Counted from the stretch's first letter, positions 24,728 through 37,503 are shown. The stretch is 64,000 nt of DNA from Eledone cirrhosa (GCA_964016885.1 OZ024747.1:89280001-89344000), one strand, 5' to 3'. Numbers and translations are program-made. Notes: generated from the letters alone by a model not told the origin.

Positions 24728-25340
24728 AGAGAGAGAGTTAGTTTCAAAACAAATTAGCAAACCGGACCCGAAGTGGCCCGTTTCATTGAACAGATTCTTA
24801 ACCCATGTGAGAACCAGAGTGTATAGGAGTTGGCTGGATTCTGTGCAATATTTTGTTGACAAGAGAGACAACTCAAATTAGGCTGATGCAGGGAAGACAA
24901 TTTTTCTTTGAGTTAGTTCATTCCGGGTAAGATTTATGGTTATAATTCAGTGTGGGGCAACAATTAAAAAAGGCAGATCTTGTGTTAAGGCAAGTACTAT
25001 TACATAACCTTTGCAAGATATTCACTCTTTCATTAATACACAGCTTACAGGATATAGCTCCATTTTGTATGGCCTGGATTTGACCAGAACTTTCTATTAA
25101 ATTGAGAATTTGCATCTTTGAGCGACTACATGTGGCTTGCCAGCTTTGTGGACAATGAGGCTGAAGTTACATCCACTTGTCCGAATCAACAACAGGAGAT
25201 AAACACATATGTAAGTATGTTGGCGGGCCAGTTTAAAGAACAGTTCCTTAACCCTCAGATGACCTTTAGACACTCTGATATGCAATCGTCCATGAAGATG
25301 GCTCTGCCAGGTTTGAAGTGCCCTAGACATGCTATATGTA
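24700..25340 (-). pseudogene. Possible highly decayed CR1/L2-type RT remnant
   Basis: Weak peptide traces in RT order (LRNCS..ILTYVF..GQV; SCK..ERV; LTWVKNL) with many disruptions. Confidence 0.3.
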
Positions 25341-25679
25341 ATGATGGCACATCTACGACTCAGCAACTACATGTCCATTTATACTTACATACATACAGAA
25401 ACACATACATACATACATGCATACATACATATAGACATACATACACACAGTCCACCTGATGAGCTTCCACACAGTTTCCTCCCAATACCAAAGGCTCTAT
25501 ATTTGTCAAAGGAGTAGTGCAGTAGGATCTAACCAGCGATCTAATAAGTGCTAAGCAAACTTTTTAACCATTCAGCAATACCTGCACCTTCTAAGTACCT
25601 GTAATACACTGATTGCAGCTCTATAAGTTCCATTCCTACTTCTGCCTTGTCTAAAAAAAGTCTTAAGCCTGTCTTAAGC

Positions 25680-25949
25680 CATTTAAGGCTCATTAGGTCA
25701 GTGCTTATCCTGGTTTCATGGCATGAAGCAACTGAGAGTACAAGACTTCCCCCTGGACAGGATGCCAGTCCATCACAGGTTTAAACCCCCAGGTATTTCT
25801 GGGACTCATTTTTTTTCAGCTGAGTATACTGGAACAACGTGAAATGAAGTGTTTTGCTCCAGAACACAACACACAACCCAGCCCACGAATCAAACCCATG
25901 CCATTATGATTGTAAGTCCAACACCCTTACCACTAAGCCATGCACCTTG
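25680..25949 (-). mobile_element. tRNA-derived SINE, family b head with different tail
   Basis: RC ggtgcatggcttagtggtaagg..gagcaaaacacttcatttcacgttgttccag. Confidence 0.7.
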
Positions 25950-26312
25950 TGCCGATGCAAAAAGTTAATAGTTAAAAATTCTTGTTGCCAGTAACATTAT
26001 ATATTTGAAAACATCGAAACATAAAAGCAAGACTACTGAATAAATTGTTGCTGCATAAATATAAAAGAGTAATTAGTTTATTGATCATTTAATTGTTATA
26101 CTATTTATATAGTATGTGTTTGTGTGTGTATATAACTGTGTCTCGTCTGGGCATCTGTATGTTTATTTGTGTATTTATTACTGCGTAATAATTTGTGTAT
26201 TTATTACTGTGTTAGTATGTAATCACATGAATGTATATTTTTGTCATTATGTAGCTTTGTGTCTGTCTGTTTGTATACACGTGCATATTTGCCTGTTTCA
26301 GTATCATCAATG

Positions 26313-26496
26313 CATTGGCAGTATCGGTAGAGGGTCGGACGCCATGCTTTGCAGCAAAGAGTTATGTCCTCTTACTGACTGAGTTCAAATCCCGCTGAGG
26401 TTAACTTTGCATTTCATCCTTACGGAGTCCATAAAATAAAGTACCAGTAATGTACTGAGTAATTGCTGGCCTTGTGCCAAAAAGAAGAAACAACTA
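26313..26496 (+). mobile_element. SINE family a
   Basis: Colinear with 2384-2566. Confidence 0.85.
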
Positions 26497-26551
26497 TTTT
26501 GATGATGATGATGATCATCATCATCACTGTTTAACATCCTTTTTTATTTGA

Positions 26552-26870
26552 GTCCTGTAACTCCTGATAGAGTCGTAGTTGCACCATAGTGGCTCACAGT
26601 GTTTCTTGGGCCATTTTAATGCTTGCGTGGAGGATTGAACACAGCTGATTCCTTCCAGAGAAGGATAGAAAGTGAGAGAGAGAGGAAATGATAAAGAGAT
26701 ATAGAAGAAAAATTGATCCCAATACTAGATTGGTTCCTTTCTTTTATCGACCTCAAAAGACAAAATTGACCTTGGTAACCTTAGGGGTATTTGACCTCAG
26801 AGTACAGAGTGCCTGAACGAATATTGCAAAATATTTTACCTGACATTCTAAGGACTCTGCCAATTTGCTA
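26552..26870 (-). mobile_element. SINE family a variant with extended tail
   Basis: Colinear with 5830-6159. Confidence 0.65.
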
Positions 26871-27099
26871 CATTTCATCACTATTTAACATCTTTTAGAT
26901 GATAATGATGATGATGATGATGATGATGATGATGTTGATGATGATGATAGCGGAGGTGATAGTGGTAGTAGTGGTGGTGGTGATGATGATGATGATATAC
27001 AAAATATTATGTTAATGTATGAATGTGTAAAAATACTTAAGTAGTTGCATGTATGTCATTATATAGGTGTATGCTTATGTTATGTAGCTGTGAGTGTGT

Positions 27100-27284
27100 T
27101 TAGGTAATCATATGTGTATATATATATAATTACATGATTGCGTGTGTGTTTGTGTGCATTTATTCATGTGTATGTGTGTTTATGTTTGAATGTTTGAAAA
27201 TATATTTGTATGTTTATGTGCATTTCTGTATGTGAATGTGTGTGTGTATTTATGCTTGATTATTTGTGTCCATCTAAGTTATGT

Positions 27285-27318
<34 letters not shown>

Positions 27319-28830
27319 AGATGTATATATTTGCATGTGTGTGTGTATGTGACAATGTGTGAGTCTGTATGTGTGTGCATATATTTGCATATGCGTATGT
27401 ATGTGAGTCTGCCTGTTTGTGTATATATTTGCATGCGTGTGTGAGAGAATGTGTGAGTCTGTATGTATGTGTGTGTGTTTGTGTATATATTTGCATGTGT
27501 GTGTGTGTGTGTGAGAATGTATGAGTCAGCATGTGTGTGTTTGTGCATATATTTGCATGTGTGTGTATGTGAGAATGTATGAGTCAGTATGTGTGTGTTT
27601 GTGTATATATTTGCATGTGTGTGTGTGTCTGTGTATATATCTGTATGTATCTGTGTATATGCGAAAAAGTGTGTATATTTTTGAGCAAATGTGTAACCAT
27701 ACATTTTATTTGTATATGATTGTTTATGTGTGTGTGTGTGTATGTATGTATATGTGTATATGTATGTGTATGTGTATATACTTATAAATACTATAACATA
27801 TATATATCTATGTAGTTATGCATATATGTATAAGTCTATTAGGAGTTATGTACACATGTGATTGTACACAGTGAGTGAGTGTACCCATGTCTGTGTCTGA
27901 GTATGTGTGTGTGTGTGTGTGTGTGTGTGCGTGCATCTGAGTGTGTGTGTTTGTCTGCCTGAGTGTATGTGCGTGTGTGAGTGTGTGTGTGTCTGTCTGT
28001 CTGTCTGTGTGAGTGTGTGTGCCTGTGTGTCTGGGTGTGTGTGTCTTAGTGGCTGTGTGTGTGTGTGTGTATCTGAGTGTGTATGTGTGTGTGTCTGAGT
28101 GTGTGTGTGTGGCTGTGTGTGTTAGTAGTTATATATTTCAGTGGTTAGACATCTGAGTGTGGTATTGTTAGTAGTAAAATGCTTTGATCATTATACCTGA
28201 ATACATGTTTGTGTCTGTGTGAGTGTGTGTGTGAGTGTGTTTGTGTGTGAGTGTGTGTGTGTGTATGTGTGTGTGTGTGTGTCTGTCTATCTGTGTATGT
28301 GTTTGTGTGTGTGTGAGTGTGTCTCTGTGTGTGTGTGTGTGTGTGTGTGTCTGTGTGTGTGTGTGTGTGTCTGTCTGTCTGTGTGTGTGTGTGTGAGTGT
28401 GTTTGTGTGAGTATGTGTGTGTGTGTTTGTATCTGTGTGTGTGTCTGTCTGTCTGTCTGTGTGTGTGTGTGTGTGTGTGAGTGCGTTTGTGTGTGTGTGT
28501 TTCTATCTATGAGTGTGTGTGTGTGTGTGTCTGTGTGTGGGATTGTTGGTAGTAAAATACTTTTATCATTATACATGTATGCATGTGTGTGTCTGTGTGT
28601 CTGTCTGTGTCTGTGCATGTGTGTGTGTCTGTGTGTGTGTCTGTGTGTGTGTCTGTGTGTCTGTGTGTCTGTCTATGTTTGTGCGTGTGTCTGTGCATGT
28701 GTGTGTGTGCGTGTCTGTGTGTGGGATTGTTGGTTGTAAAATACTTTTATCATTATATGTGTATGCATGTGTGTATCTTTTGATAGTTATATACATGTGT
28801 AATTATGTGTGTGTGTGTGTAAGCGCATGT
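27100..28830. repeat. Large (GT)n-rich compound microsatellite with an embedded ~50-bp motif x3
   Basis: gtgggattgttggtagtaaaatacttttatcattata variants at ~28158, ~28536, ~28720. Confidence 0.9.
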
Positions 28831-29059
28831 ATGTATGTACTAGTTTTTTGGCTTAATGGTTAGGGTGTTCAGCTTATCATCCTAAGTTCATAAGCAGGGC
28901 TATTGAGACCTTTTACTGAATATTATCAAACACGTACTCCTCCCACATCTTAATACTCACCAGTCATCCATGTCCTAACACTCTACCCTTCACCTGTCAA
29001 GTGCCTCACCTTCGAATTACCTCTTCAATCCTCACCCTACATACATGCACCTCCTCTAT

Positions 29060-29445
29060 CCCCGCCCTCAGTCCACACTGTAATGTGGTCATTTTGGTGC
29101 GACAGGAAAAAGCACTCAGTCCATGCTGTAAATGTGGTTGGCATTAGGAAGGGCATCCACTCATAGAAACCAAGCCAGAACAGTTCTGTATGAGTAATAC
29201 AAGATCACCTGATCTGATTGTCTCCCAATGGGATAACTTGTCTAATCCATGCTAGCGTGGAAAAAATGGACGTTAAACAGTGATGATGATAATTGTTTCT
29301 ACATTTGGCACAAGGCCAGCAATTACCCAGTGCATTACTGGTACTTTATTTTATCGACCCCATAAGGATGAAAGGCAAAGTTAACCTCGACGGGATTTGA
29401 ACTCAGACCATAAAGGGACATAACTATGCTTTAAAGCATGGCGCA
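29060..29445. mobile_element. RTE-tail element (+, 29060-29290) abutting a family-a SINE (-, 29291-29445)
   Basis: aggaagggcatcc..ccatgctagcgtgg..(GAT)n, then RC of SINE a. Confidence 0.8.
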
Positions 29446-29539
29446 TGATGAAACTCCATAAATGTTAAAAAATGAAAATCTTTTACATTTACTTTATATA
29501 TTTAAATTCAAAAGAAATGTCTTCTTCCACACTTTTCTT

Positions 29540-30060
29540 GCTGTATTAGTTTCTTCCTTGTAGTTTGAGACAAAGTTGCTGTTGTGGATACCACTAAGTG
29601 CAGTGAACATTTTGCAGCAGAGACTTTGATCTTAGCAGGGTATTTAAAGTTGATATTTTTAAAGCATTGCGATTTTTGGTTTTTATGTTATTGAGAAGGG
29701 AAAAAGCTCTTTCTGCAGCTACTGAAGAATGTAGATATTAATGGGTAGCGATATATGTCACCATGTTTTTCTTGAGAAACAAGAAACCAGTATTTCTCAT
29801 GCTCATTTTGTGCATTAAGATGCTGAGTCAATTCCCACAATTCTCTATTTGTTGATATTGGTCTCCATTCACAAGGTTGGAAAATTTCATTGCAAATGGC
29901 ATGATTAGTTTTGGTTTACTTTCAATAATATTGGTCAGGTCTAAAGCTACTAAAACAAGTTACTTGTTGGTAGAAATGTCCATTGTTTCATGAAATAGTG
30001 TCATGTTGCTCCAGGATACTCAACTGATAAAAATGAATTGTACTTGTAATTCAAAAGGTC
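29540..30060 (-). pseudogene. hAT transposase remnant (C-terminal dimerisation domain)
   Basis: Minus frame YLHSSVAAERAFSLLNNIKTKNRNAL at ~29735-29660 matches the hAT motif P.SSA..ER.FS....K...RN.L; stops nearby. Confidence 0.7.
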
Positions 30061-30536
30061 AGCCTAGACACAGTGTATTATGATGTATTCAGATATGATG
30101 TACTTGGATATTTTCCAAGAAATTCCCAGTTTTTTCTCTGGATAAAATATTTTTGTTGTGGTTTTTATTGGTTGTTTTTTTTTTTTATTGCTGTTGAAAT
30201 TCATGGGAATGATGTATTTGTTTTTTTCATCTATTGCTTTAGAACACGTTGGTCCCCATTTGCTCACAATAGTGAAAGTTAGGAGAGGGGGAGAGATGGA
30301 GGCAATGACAGTTGAAATTTTGTATTCTATGATCGGACCTGGTGTATATGTATATATTTATTTACCACACCACACATACACATCCATCCAAACACACTAA
30401 CATTAATCTCTGCTCAAGTTCCTACTACAGCTTCCTACCACTAGAATTTCATTGCATGTCTTCACCCTGAGATCATCATTGCTTGTTTCCTTAAAGTTTA
30501 CCATCATTCCGTTGGTATACATCTATTATACAATTT

Positions 30537-30594
30537 ACACCTGATGAGGTCACCGGGTCCTTACGCAACCTGGCCACTGAAATGTCCATAGTGT
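30537..30594 (+). ncRNA. Candidate type I hammerhead ribozyme
   Basis: acac-CTGATGA-stem II-GAAA-tgtcca-TA-gtgt; stem I acac/gtgt; AATAAA just downstream. Confidence 0.6.
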
Positions 30595-30679
30595 TTGCAG
30601 AAATAAAAAAATAAGGAAATTCAACATATTTGGTCTCCTGTCATTTAGAGTGTTTAGCTCACATGCATAAGGTTGATGT

Positions 30680-30905
30680 ATTGTGTCCTTGAGTAAGATA
30701 CTTTATTTCATGTTGCTCCAGTCCATTCAGATGGCAAAAAAGAATTTTACCTGTTACTCAAAGAGCCAGACTTGTTGCCCGCTTTGTCATGCTGACTCTC
30801 CTTGAGAACTACACTAAGGATGCACGTGTCTGTGGAATGCTCAGTCACTTGCCCATTAATATCATGAGTAGGCTGTTCTGGTTGAACAATTGGAATACTC
30901 ATAAT
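30680..30905 (+). mobile_element. SINE family b fragment
   Basis: gtgtccttgagtaagatactttatttcatgttgctccagtcc; tail shared with 37195-37503 (-). Confidence 0.7.
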
Positions 30906-31341
30906 CGAACACAACACAAGCCCAACACACACACACATCTATGTGTTGTGTTTTTTGAAAAAATATATACGTAAGAGATTATGTAAAAACGATTATGAAT
31001 ATGTATATATGTATTAGTTTGTGTAATAGTATGTTTCTAGAAATTATGCAGATTTTTCATGAGTGTCTGTGTTAATAGTTATGTGCATATATAAATATAC
31101 AGAAGTATGTGTGATTGCATGGTTGTCTGTAAACCTCTAAATATAGCGTATAATTAGATCAGTAATAAAATAGAAATAATAGAATAATAATGAGTATAAT
31201 AATAGGAGAAAGAGATAGATAGACCCCCCCCCCCCCCACACACACACACAAACACATATATATCGTAAAATGATGATATACATATATATACTTAACTCAA
31301 AGACGCCGAAGATTTATTAATGATATTATTATTATTACCAC

Positions 31342-31372
<31 letters not shown>

Positions 31373-31395
31373 TGTATTTATATATGTATATATAT

Positions 31396-31449
<54 letters not shown>

Positions 31450-31471
31450 GTATTTATATACGTATTTATAT

Positions 31472-32636
31472 ATCATCATCACCGTTTTATGTCCGTTCTT
31501 CCATGCTAGCATGGGTTAGACGGGTTGTCCTGTTGTGGGCAGTAGCCGGTCAGCTGAGCATGCCTTGCTCATAGGGGAACTGATTCTGGCTTGATTTCTA
31601 CAGCTGGATGCCCTTCCTAACACCAACCTCATTTACAGTGAGTGCTGGGTGCTTTTTCCGTGGTGCCTACACGACCACTTTACAGTGTGGGCTGGGTGCT
31701 TTTTTTGCTGTCGCACCACCACAACCACTATGCTTCAGCTTTAGCTTGTACCCATGGGGGGGGGGGGGGGGGTCGGGTCTTCTGTATTACTGTGTGATGC
31801 CAGAGGTCATTGCCTTTGAGAGGTGTAATTGGTTAAGGTCGGCTTTTATCACCTCATCCCAGGTCTTCTTGGGTCTCCCCACTCCGCAGCTTCCATCAAC
31901 TTCTAGTGCTCTGCATCTTTTTATGCAGCTGTCATCCTTCATACGCATCACATGTCCATACCAACGCAACCTCCTCTCCTGCACACAGCATTTGATTCCC
32001 CTTATGCTCAGTCTCTCTCTCAATTCGTTTATGCTTTGCCGTTCGCGTATATTACTATTACACATCCACCGGAGCATGCAGGCTTCGTTTCTTTCTAATC
32101 TACACAAGTCTTCTACAGACAGCGCCCAGGTCTCACTACCATGCAACATTGCTGTTTGTATACACGCATCATACAGTCAGCCCTTCATTTGGAGAGAAGA
32201 GCCTTTTGCAGCTAGCAGTGGCAGTAGCTCCCTGAACTTCGTCCATCCCGTTCTTACCCTAGTTATTGTACTTTCCGAACACACACCTCCACTGCTAATT
32301 CGGTCACCTAGGTAGCAGAAGCTGTCTACTCTTTCTACAGAGCCCTCCCAGAGTTTGGTGGTGCTTGTTTCCTGTCTCTGTTTACTGCTTGCTGTCCCAG
32401 CACAGCTGCTACATGTGAAGCCTACATTCTTAGTTAAGCTTCCTGAGATCCCACTACATCTCTTGTGTACCCATTGTTTGCATTTGGGGCAGAGGATGGA
32501 GTTCCTACCTACACCTTTCCTACATACTGAGCAAGGCCATTTCCCTGAGGAGATCTGGGTTCTGTTTTCTTGTCTACTTACAAGGACCTTAGTCTTTGTC
32601 AGGTTGACTTTGAGACCCTTTCTTTCTAGTCCCTGC
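31472..32636 (-). mobile_element. 5'-truncated RTE, subfamily B (PHD finger plus C-terminus, one in-frame stop)
   Basis: QGLERKGLKVNLTKTKVL..WPCSVCRKGVGRNSILCPKCKQWVHKRC..RLRWYGHV; (GAT) tail; TA tracts on both sides. Confidence 0.92.
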
Positions 32637-33017
32637 TATATTATATATATGTATATATATATATATATATATATTATAAAGAGTCGGGACATGGTGGCTA
32701 AGTTCTTGCTGTTTCAACATCTAGTTCCAGCTAGTATAATATAACCATACTTTACTATCCCAAGTATTGAGTACTCTGTTGAGTAATAGTTTAACCAGTT
32801 TCAAACAGAATCGATCTTGATTTATATATATATATATATATATAAATGTAGAATGTAAAATGCTGTAATTAAATACTGCAAGGCATTTTTCCCAATGATC
32901 TAACAATTCTGCCAACTCACTGCCCTACATATTTATGTGATAATTATGATTTCTTACAAAGATACAGGTATTGGAGTGAGTAGGGTGAGTCGATTATATC
33001 AACCTCACTAGGCAAGT

Positions 33018-33490
33018 CATCATCATCATCATCACCGTTTTACGTCCGTTCTTCCACGCTAGCATGGGTTAGACGGGTTGTCCTGTTGCGGGCAGTGTCT
33101 GGTCGGCTGACCATGCCTTGCTCATACAGGAACTGATTTGGCTTGATTTCTACAGCTGGATGCCCTTCCTAACACCAACCTCATTTACAGTGAGTGCTGG
33201 GTGCTTTTTCGTGGCCCTACACGTCCACTTTACAGTGTGGGCTGGGTGCTTTTTTGCCGTGGCACCTCCACGACCACCTTGCAGTGGGGGGTGTGGGGGC
33301 ATATTGTCTATATGCTTCAGCTTGTACCCATGGGAGGTCGGGTACTCTGTATTACTGCGTGACGCCAGAAGTCACGGTCGTGTGTCATCGCCTTTGAGAG
33401 GTGTAATTGGGTAAGGTCGGCTTTTATCACCTCATCCCAGGTCATCTTGGGTCTCCCCACTCCGCGGTTTCCATCGACTTCTAGTGCTCT
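33018..33490 (-). mobile_element. RTE subfamily B 3' fragment nested in an older SINE
   Basis: Colinear with 31472-31915; direct repeat gcaagt at 33012-33017 and 33491-33496. Confidence 0.85.
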
Positions 33491-33556
33491 GCAAGTGGAG
33501 GTCGTTTTATCAACACTTGAATGATAAAGGGTAAAATCAACTTTAGCAGGATTTAG

Positions 33557-34149
33557 TAATTGTTTCTACTTTTGGCACAAGGCCAGCAATTATCCCAGTG
33601 CATTACTTGTACTTTATTTTATCGACCCCGTAAGGATGAAAGACAAAGTTTACCTCGACGGAATTTGAACTCAGACTGGAAAGGGGTGTAACTCTATGCT
33701 GCAAAACATGGCGTCTGACCCTCTACCAAATAATTGTTTCTACTTTAGGCACAAGGCCAGCAAATACCCAGTACATTACTGGCACTTTATTTTATCGACC
33801 CCGTAAGGATGAAAGGCAAAGTTAACCTCGGCGGGATTTGAACTCAGACTGTAAAGGGACGTAACTATGCTGGAAAGCATGGCGTCCAACCCTCTACCAA
33901 ATAATGGTTCACCGCCCTCTACCAAATAATGGTTTCTAATTTAGGCACAGGGTCAGCAGTTTGAGAGGAGGAGAAAAGTCGATTAAATTGACCTCAGTAC
34001 ATGACGGGTACTTTATTTTATCAACTCTGGGAGGATGAAAGGCAAAATTGACCTCAACAGTATTTGAACTCAGAATATAAAGGGGCATAACTAAATGCTA
34101 TAAAGCATTTTCTCTGATGTTCCCATGACTCTGCCAGTCTACTGCTATC
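33557..34149 (-). mobile_element. Three family-a SINEs in head-to-tail tandem
   Basis: Copies at ~33557-33729, 33731-33900 and 33927-34149. Confidence 0.85.
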
Positions 34150-34262
34150 TCAGCGAGATTTAACAATGGTTCCTAATTTTAAGCACAAGGCCAACGACCA
34201 GGATATAATAATAAAAAGAACGTGTACACAAGCATTTCTGTATACGGGAAGCAATTTTTACC

Positions 34263-34683
34263 TTAACCTTTTAGCATTTACATTACTCTATATATACTAT
34301 TGTATTTTTGCAGTAAAGGTTTTATCTTACATAACTATCTCACATAACAAATCTATGAGATTTTGATGTTATTTATTTTAAGAACAATACCTTAACATCA
34401 GTATGAGTGGCCAGTTACGACCAGTTTGAACAGAAAAAAGTGAGAGAATTCTGGATGGATATGGCCAGTTAAACCCTTTAGCATTTAAATAGAATTCTCT
34501 CACCGCTTTCTGTTTAAACTGGCTGTAACTAGCCACTCATACTGATGTTAAGGTATTGTTCTCAAAATGAATAACATCAAAATCTCGTAGATTCGATATT
34601 ATGTGAGATAATTATATGAGGTAAAGCTTTTACTGTGAAAATACAATAGTATATATAGAGTAATGTAAATGCTAATGGGTTAA
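34263..34683. mobile_element. Two piggyBac-type MITEs fused in inverted orientation
   Basis: TTAA-CC(C)TTTAGCATTTA TIRs; both halves match the solo copy at 57086-57295. Confidence 0.8.
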
Positions 34684-36072
34684 TATTTATGATTGAAGAC
34701 ATAGCTAAACTTCTAGTTTCACTTTTAGGATATCACAAAGCACATGAAACACATCTTGGTTTATCAGTTTTGAGAAACCCTTCAATTTCAGAAGACTAAC
34801 AGCATTTCAAGATTTCTATCTCTCTCCTTAGAAAGTAATTGTAATTGCCGTTTTAATTACAGGAGGAATCACTGGGGAATGTTATATTTCTCAGCAATCA
34901 AACACATAAAGGATTAAAATAATTGATGACACAAACAAACAAATACCAAATACAACAGTATTCCAATCAGTTTCAGCAGCAATAAAAAAGACCTAATAAA
35001 TACCATTACAAAAAAGATTTTATCCAAAAGAAAAGAATGGGAAGTTCTTGGAAACTACCCATGTAGATCAAACTTTTATTATTCCAAGTGAAACATGAAG
35101 TTTTAATAATGAGATATGTAAATTCATTCATAACATATTTGGAACTGTAGCATAGCCATATTTTCAATGATATATATATATATATGTGTGTGTGTGTATG
35201 TGTGTGTGTGTGTGTGTGAGTGTGTGTGACTGTGTATGTGTGTGTGTGTGTGTGTGGTGTATGTGTATGTGTGTATGTGTGTCTGTATCAGTGTCTGTGT
35301 TGTTTGAGGTATGTGCATTATCCACAAAATACTTTGTATAAATGTTGACATACAACATTTTAGCAAAAGTATTTATCTAACAGCTCAAATTGAAAGTTTG
35401 TATTAAATATCTCTCGATTAATGATAAGTTCATTGTGAAATCCATTATCTATTACTTGATGATATTTTCCTTACAAAATGATAAAAGGATATTGCAGAGA
35501 TAAATATGAATAGCAGTATCGATCTCAACTCTACATGATAAATAGCTCTACTTATCATATACCTTCTACAGAAACCTTTCATTGCTTTCATTGGAATGCA
35601 TTTAAATGATAAACCACTCAAATATGAAGATAAGATTAAAATCGATTTTAAATCAGCTTATAGCAAGATTATCTGGAAATTATTTATCCCTTCTAAGTTA
35701 GTATCAAAATTTCCCTGAACTATAAGCATTGTGGTGTTATTAAGCCTAATCAAATAGTAATATCTTTGTATACATTTGAAGGTCCGAGTAAACAGTAGTA
35801 TATATAAAGAGGTACATTCCTCTACATACACATACACACACATATATTCTTATTCTTTTATTATTTCCATCCTTTCAGTGAATGCAGAAGACTGTTTTCA
35901 TTGCTTAGTCTACTAAAGTGTATTAGAAAATTCACCGTTACACACCTATACCTCATAGGGGCTACCTGGTCATTAAGAAATAACTATATGTACTCATATT
36001 TATTTGTATTGAGTCTCACTGCAAAACAGACAAGCACCACTTGTATAAATAAAACCATGAAGACTAGAGATA

Positions 36073-36264
36073 CAGACTTGTCAACTCTCCCCGTCCGACG
36101 AGATCTCCCACCCACTTTGGGGTCGGTGAGAAATGCCTTCTCTTATGAAAATAGGTATAGCTTTCATTATGCAAAATATCCTCATTTTTCCTCATTTCTC
36201 ACCGATTTGGGGCACTTTTTTTCATGGTATTCCCTATTTGAGCTTTTAGAGTTTGGCAAGTCTG
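36073..36264. mobile_element. ~190-bp MITE with CAG..CTG ends
   Basis: TIRs cagacttgtcaactct / agagtttggcaagtctg; second copy at 22990-23340. Confidence 0.7.
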
Positions 36265-36419
36265 ATGAAATTAGGTCCACAAAATTCTTTTAGGTAACTC
36301 AGAATAAGGATTGAACTGGTGTGTTGCATTATTCTTTAACCCTTCTTTTACTGTATTTCTACTGAAATACTCTGCCTATTTGTTTCAAATAATTTTGAAA
36401 ATAACCTGAACTGTGATGT

Positions 36420-36560
36420 TACTCTGCAAAATTATGAGAAGTGCATCCTATCTGAGCAAGGAGCCCTCTGAGGTGGAGTTGCTGTTGTAATAGCTATCAC
36501 TGGCTGCTCTCAGTGGTAAGTCTTTGCAGGGTGTAGTCAGGATATCCTACCTAGCTAGGT
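36420..36560 (+). mobile_element. Decayed CRE-like 3' fragment
   Basis: LCKIMRSASYLSKEPSEVELLL**LSLAALSGK aligns to the other CRE fragments. Confidence 0.45.
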
Positions 36561-36872
36561 GTGTAGAGTCTGCTCCTCTCTTCACATTTTTCCTTTTTTT
36601 TTTCTTATTTCTTCCTCTTTTAATATGTTAATTGGAGTATAGTGATAATTAATAAGTCAGTTGTTCCCTCCACCACCCTCCACACCCACTCCACCCCTTC
36701 CCCCATAGTCCTCACCCCACTACTCTCAACTCCACACTTCCTCCACCCTTCTCTACACCCCCCCCCACACTTTCCCTATTAATGTTTTCTATTTCTCGTT
36801 TTCTTTTTTTATTGCAAACATTATATATAATTTAATTGAAATTTGTTGAATAAAATAAAACATAGATGATAA

Positions 36873-36903
36873 AGTGTGTGTGTGTGTCAGTGAATGTGAG
36901 TGT

Positions 36904-36934
<31 letters not shown>

Positions 36935-37195
36935 AGTGTATGTCAATGTGTATGTGTGTCAGTGTGTGTACGTCTGTGGGTGTGTCAGTGAGTGTGTGTG
37001 TGTCAGTGTGTGTGCATCTGTGTGCATATGTGTCTGAGTGTATGTCAATGTGTCTGTGTGTGTGTGTGTGTGTGTGACTGTATGTGTATGTGTCAGTGTG
37101 TGTGTGTGTCTTTGTCTTTGTGTGTGTCAGTGTGTGTAACTGTGTGTCAGTATGTGTATGTGTCAGTGTGTGTATGTGTCAGTGTGTGTGTGCCA
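36873..37195. repeat. (GT)n-rich microsatellite
   Basis: Direct reading. Confidence 0.95.
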
Positions 37196-37503
37196 GTGTT
37201 GAACTTCCATCAGTTCCAACAATGAACATTCTAGCTATTTGATCAATGAAACAGCCTACGGATAAAATTAATGTTAAGTGGCTGAGCATTCCACAGACAA
37301 GTAGACCTTTAACATACTTCTCCGGGAGATAGAGTGTGACACAGTGTGTGACAAGACTGGCCTTTTGTATTACAAGTAAAATTCATTTTTGCAAGTTGAG
37401 TAAACTGGAGCAATGTGAAATAAAGTGCCTTGCTCAAGGACACACTGTACCACCAGGAATCGAACTGATGACCTTATGAAAGTGAGCTGGTAAACCACTA
37501 ACC
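37195..37503 (-). mobile_element. SINE family b
   Basis: actggagcaatgtgaaataaagtgccttgctcaaggacac is the RC of the family-b core. Confidence 0.75.

Noticed and set aside
27190-28863. CV/HT/IY-rich ORFs (also 12618-12949, 46272-46695, 49616-50086, 52682-52967)
   Set aside because: Artefacts of (GT)n and (TA)n repeats.
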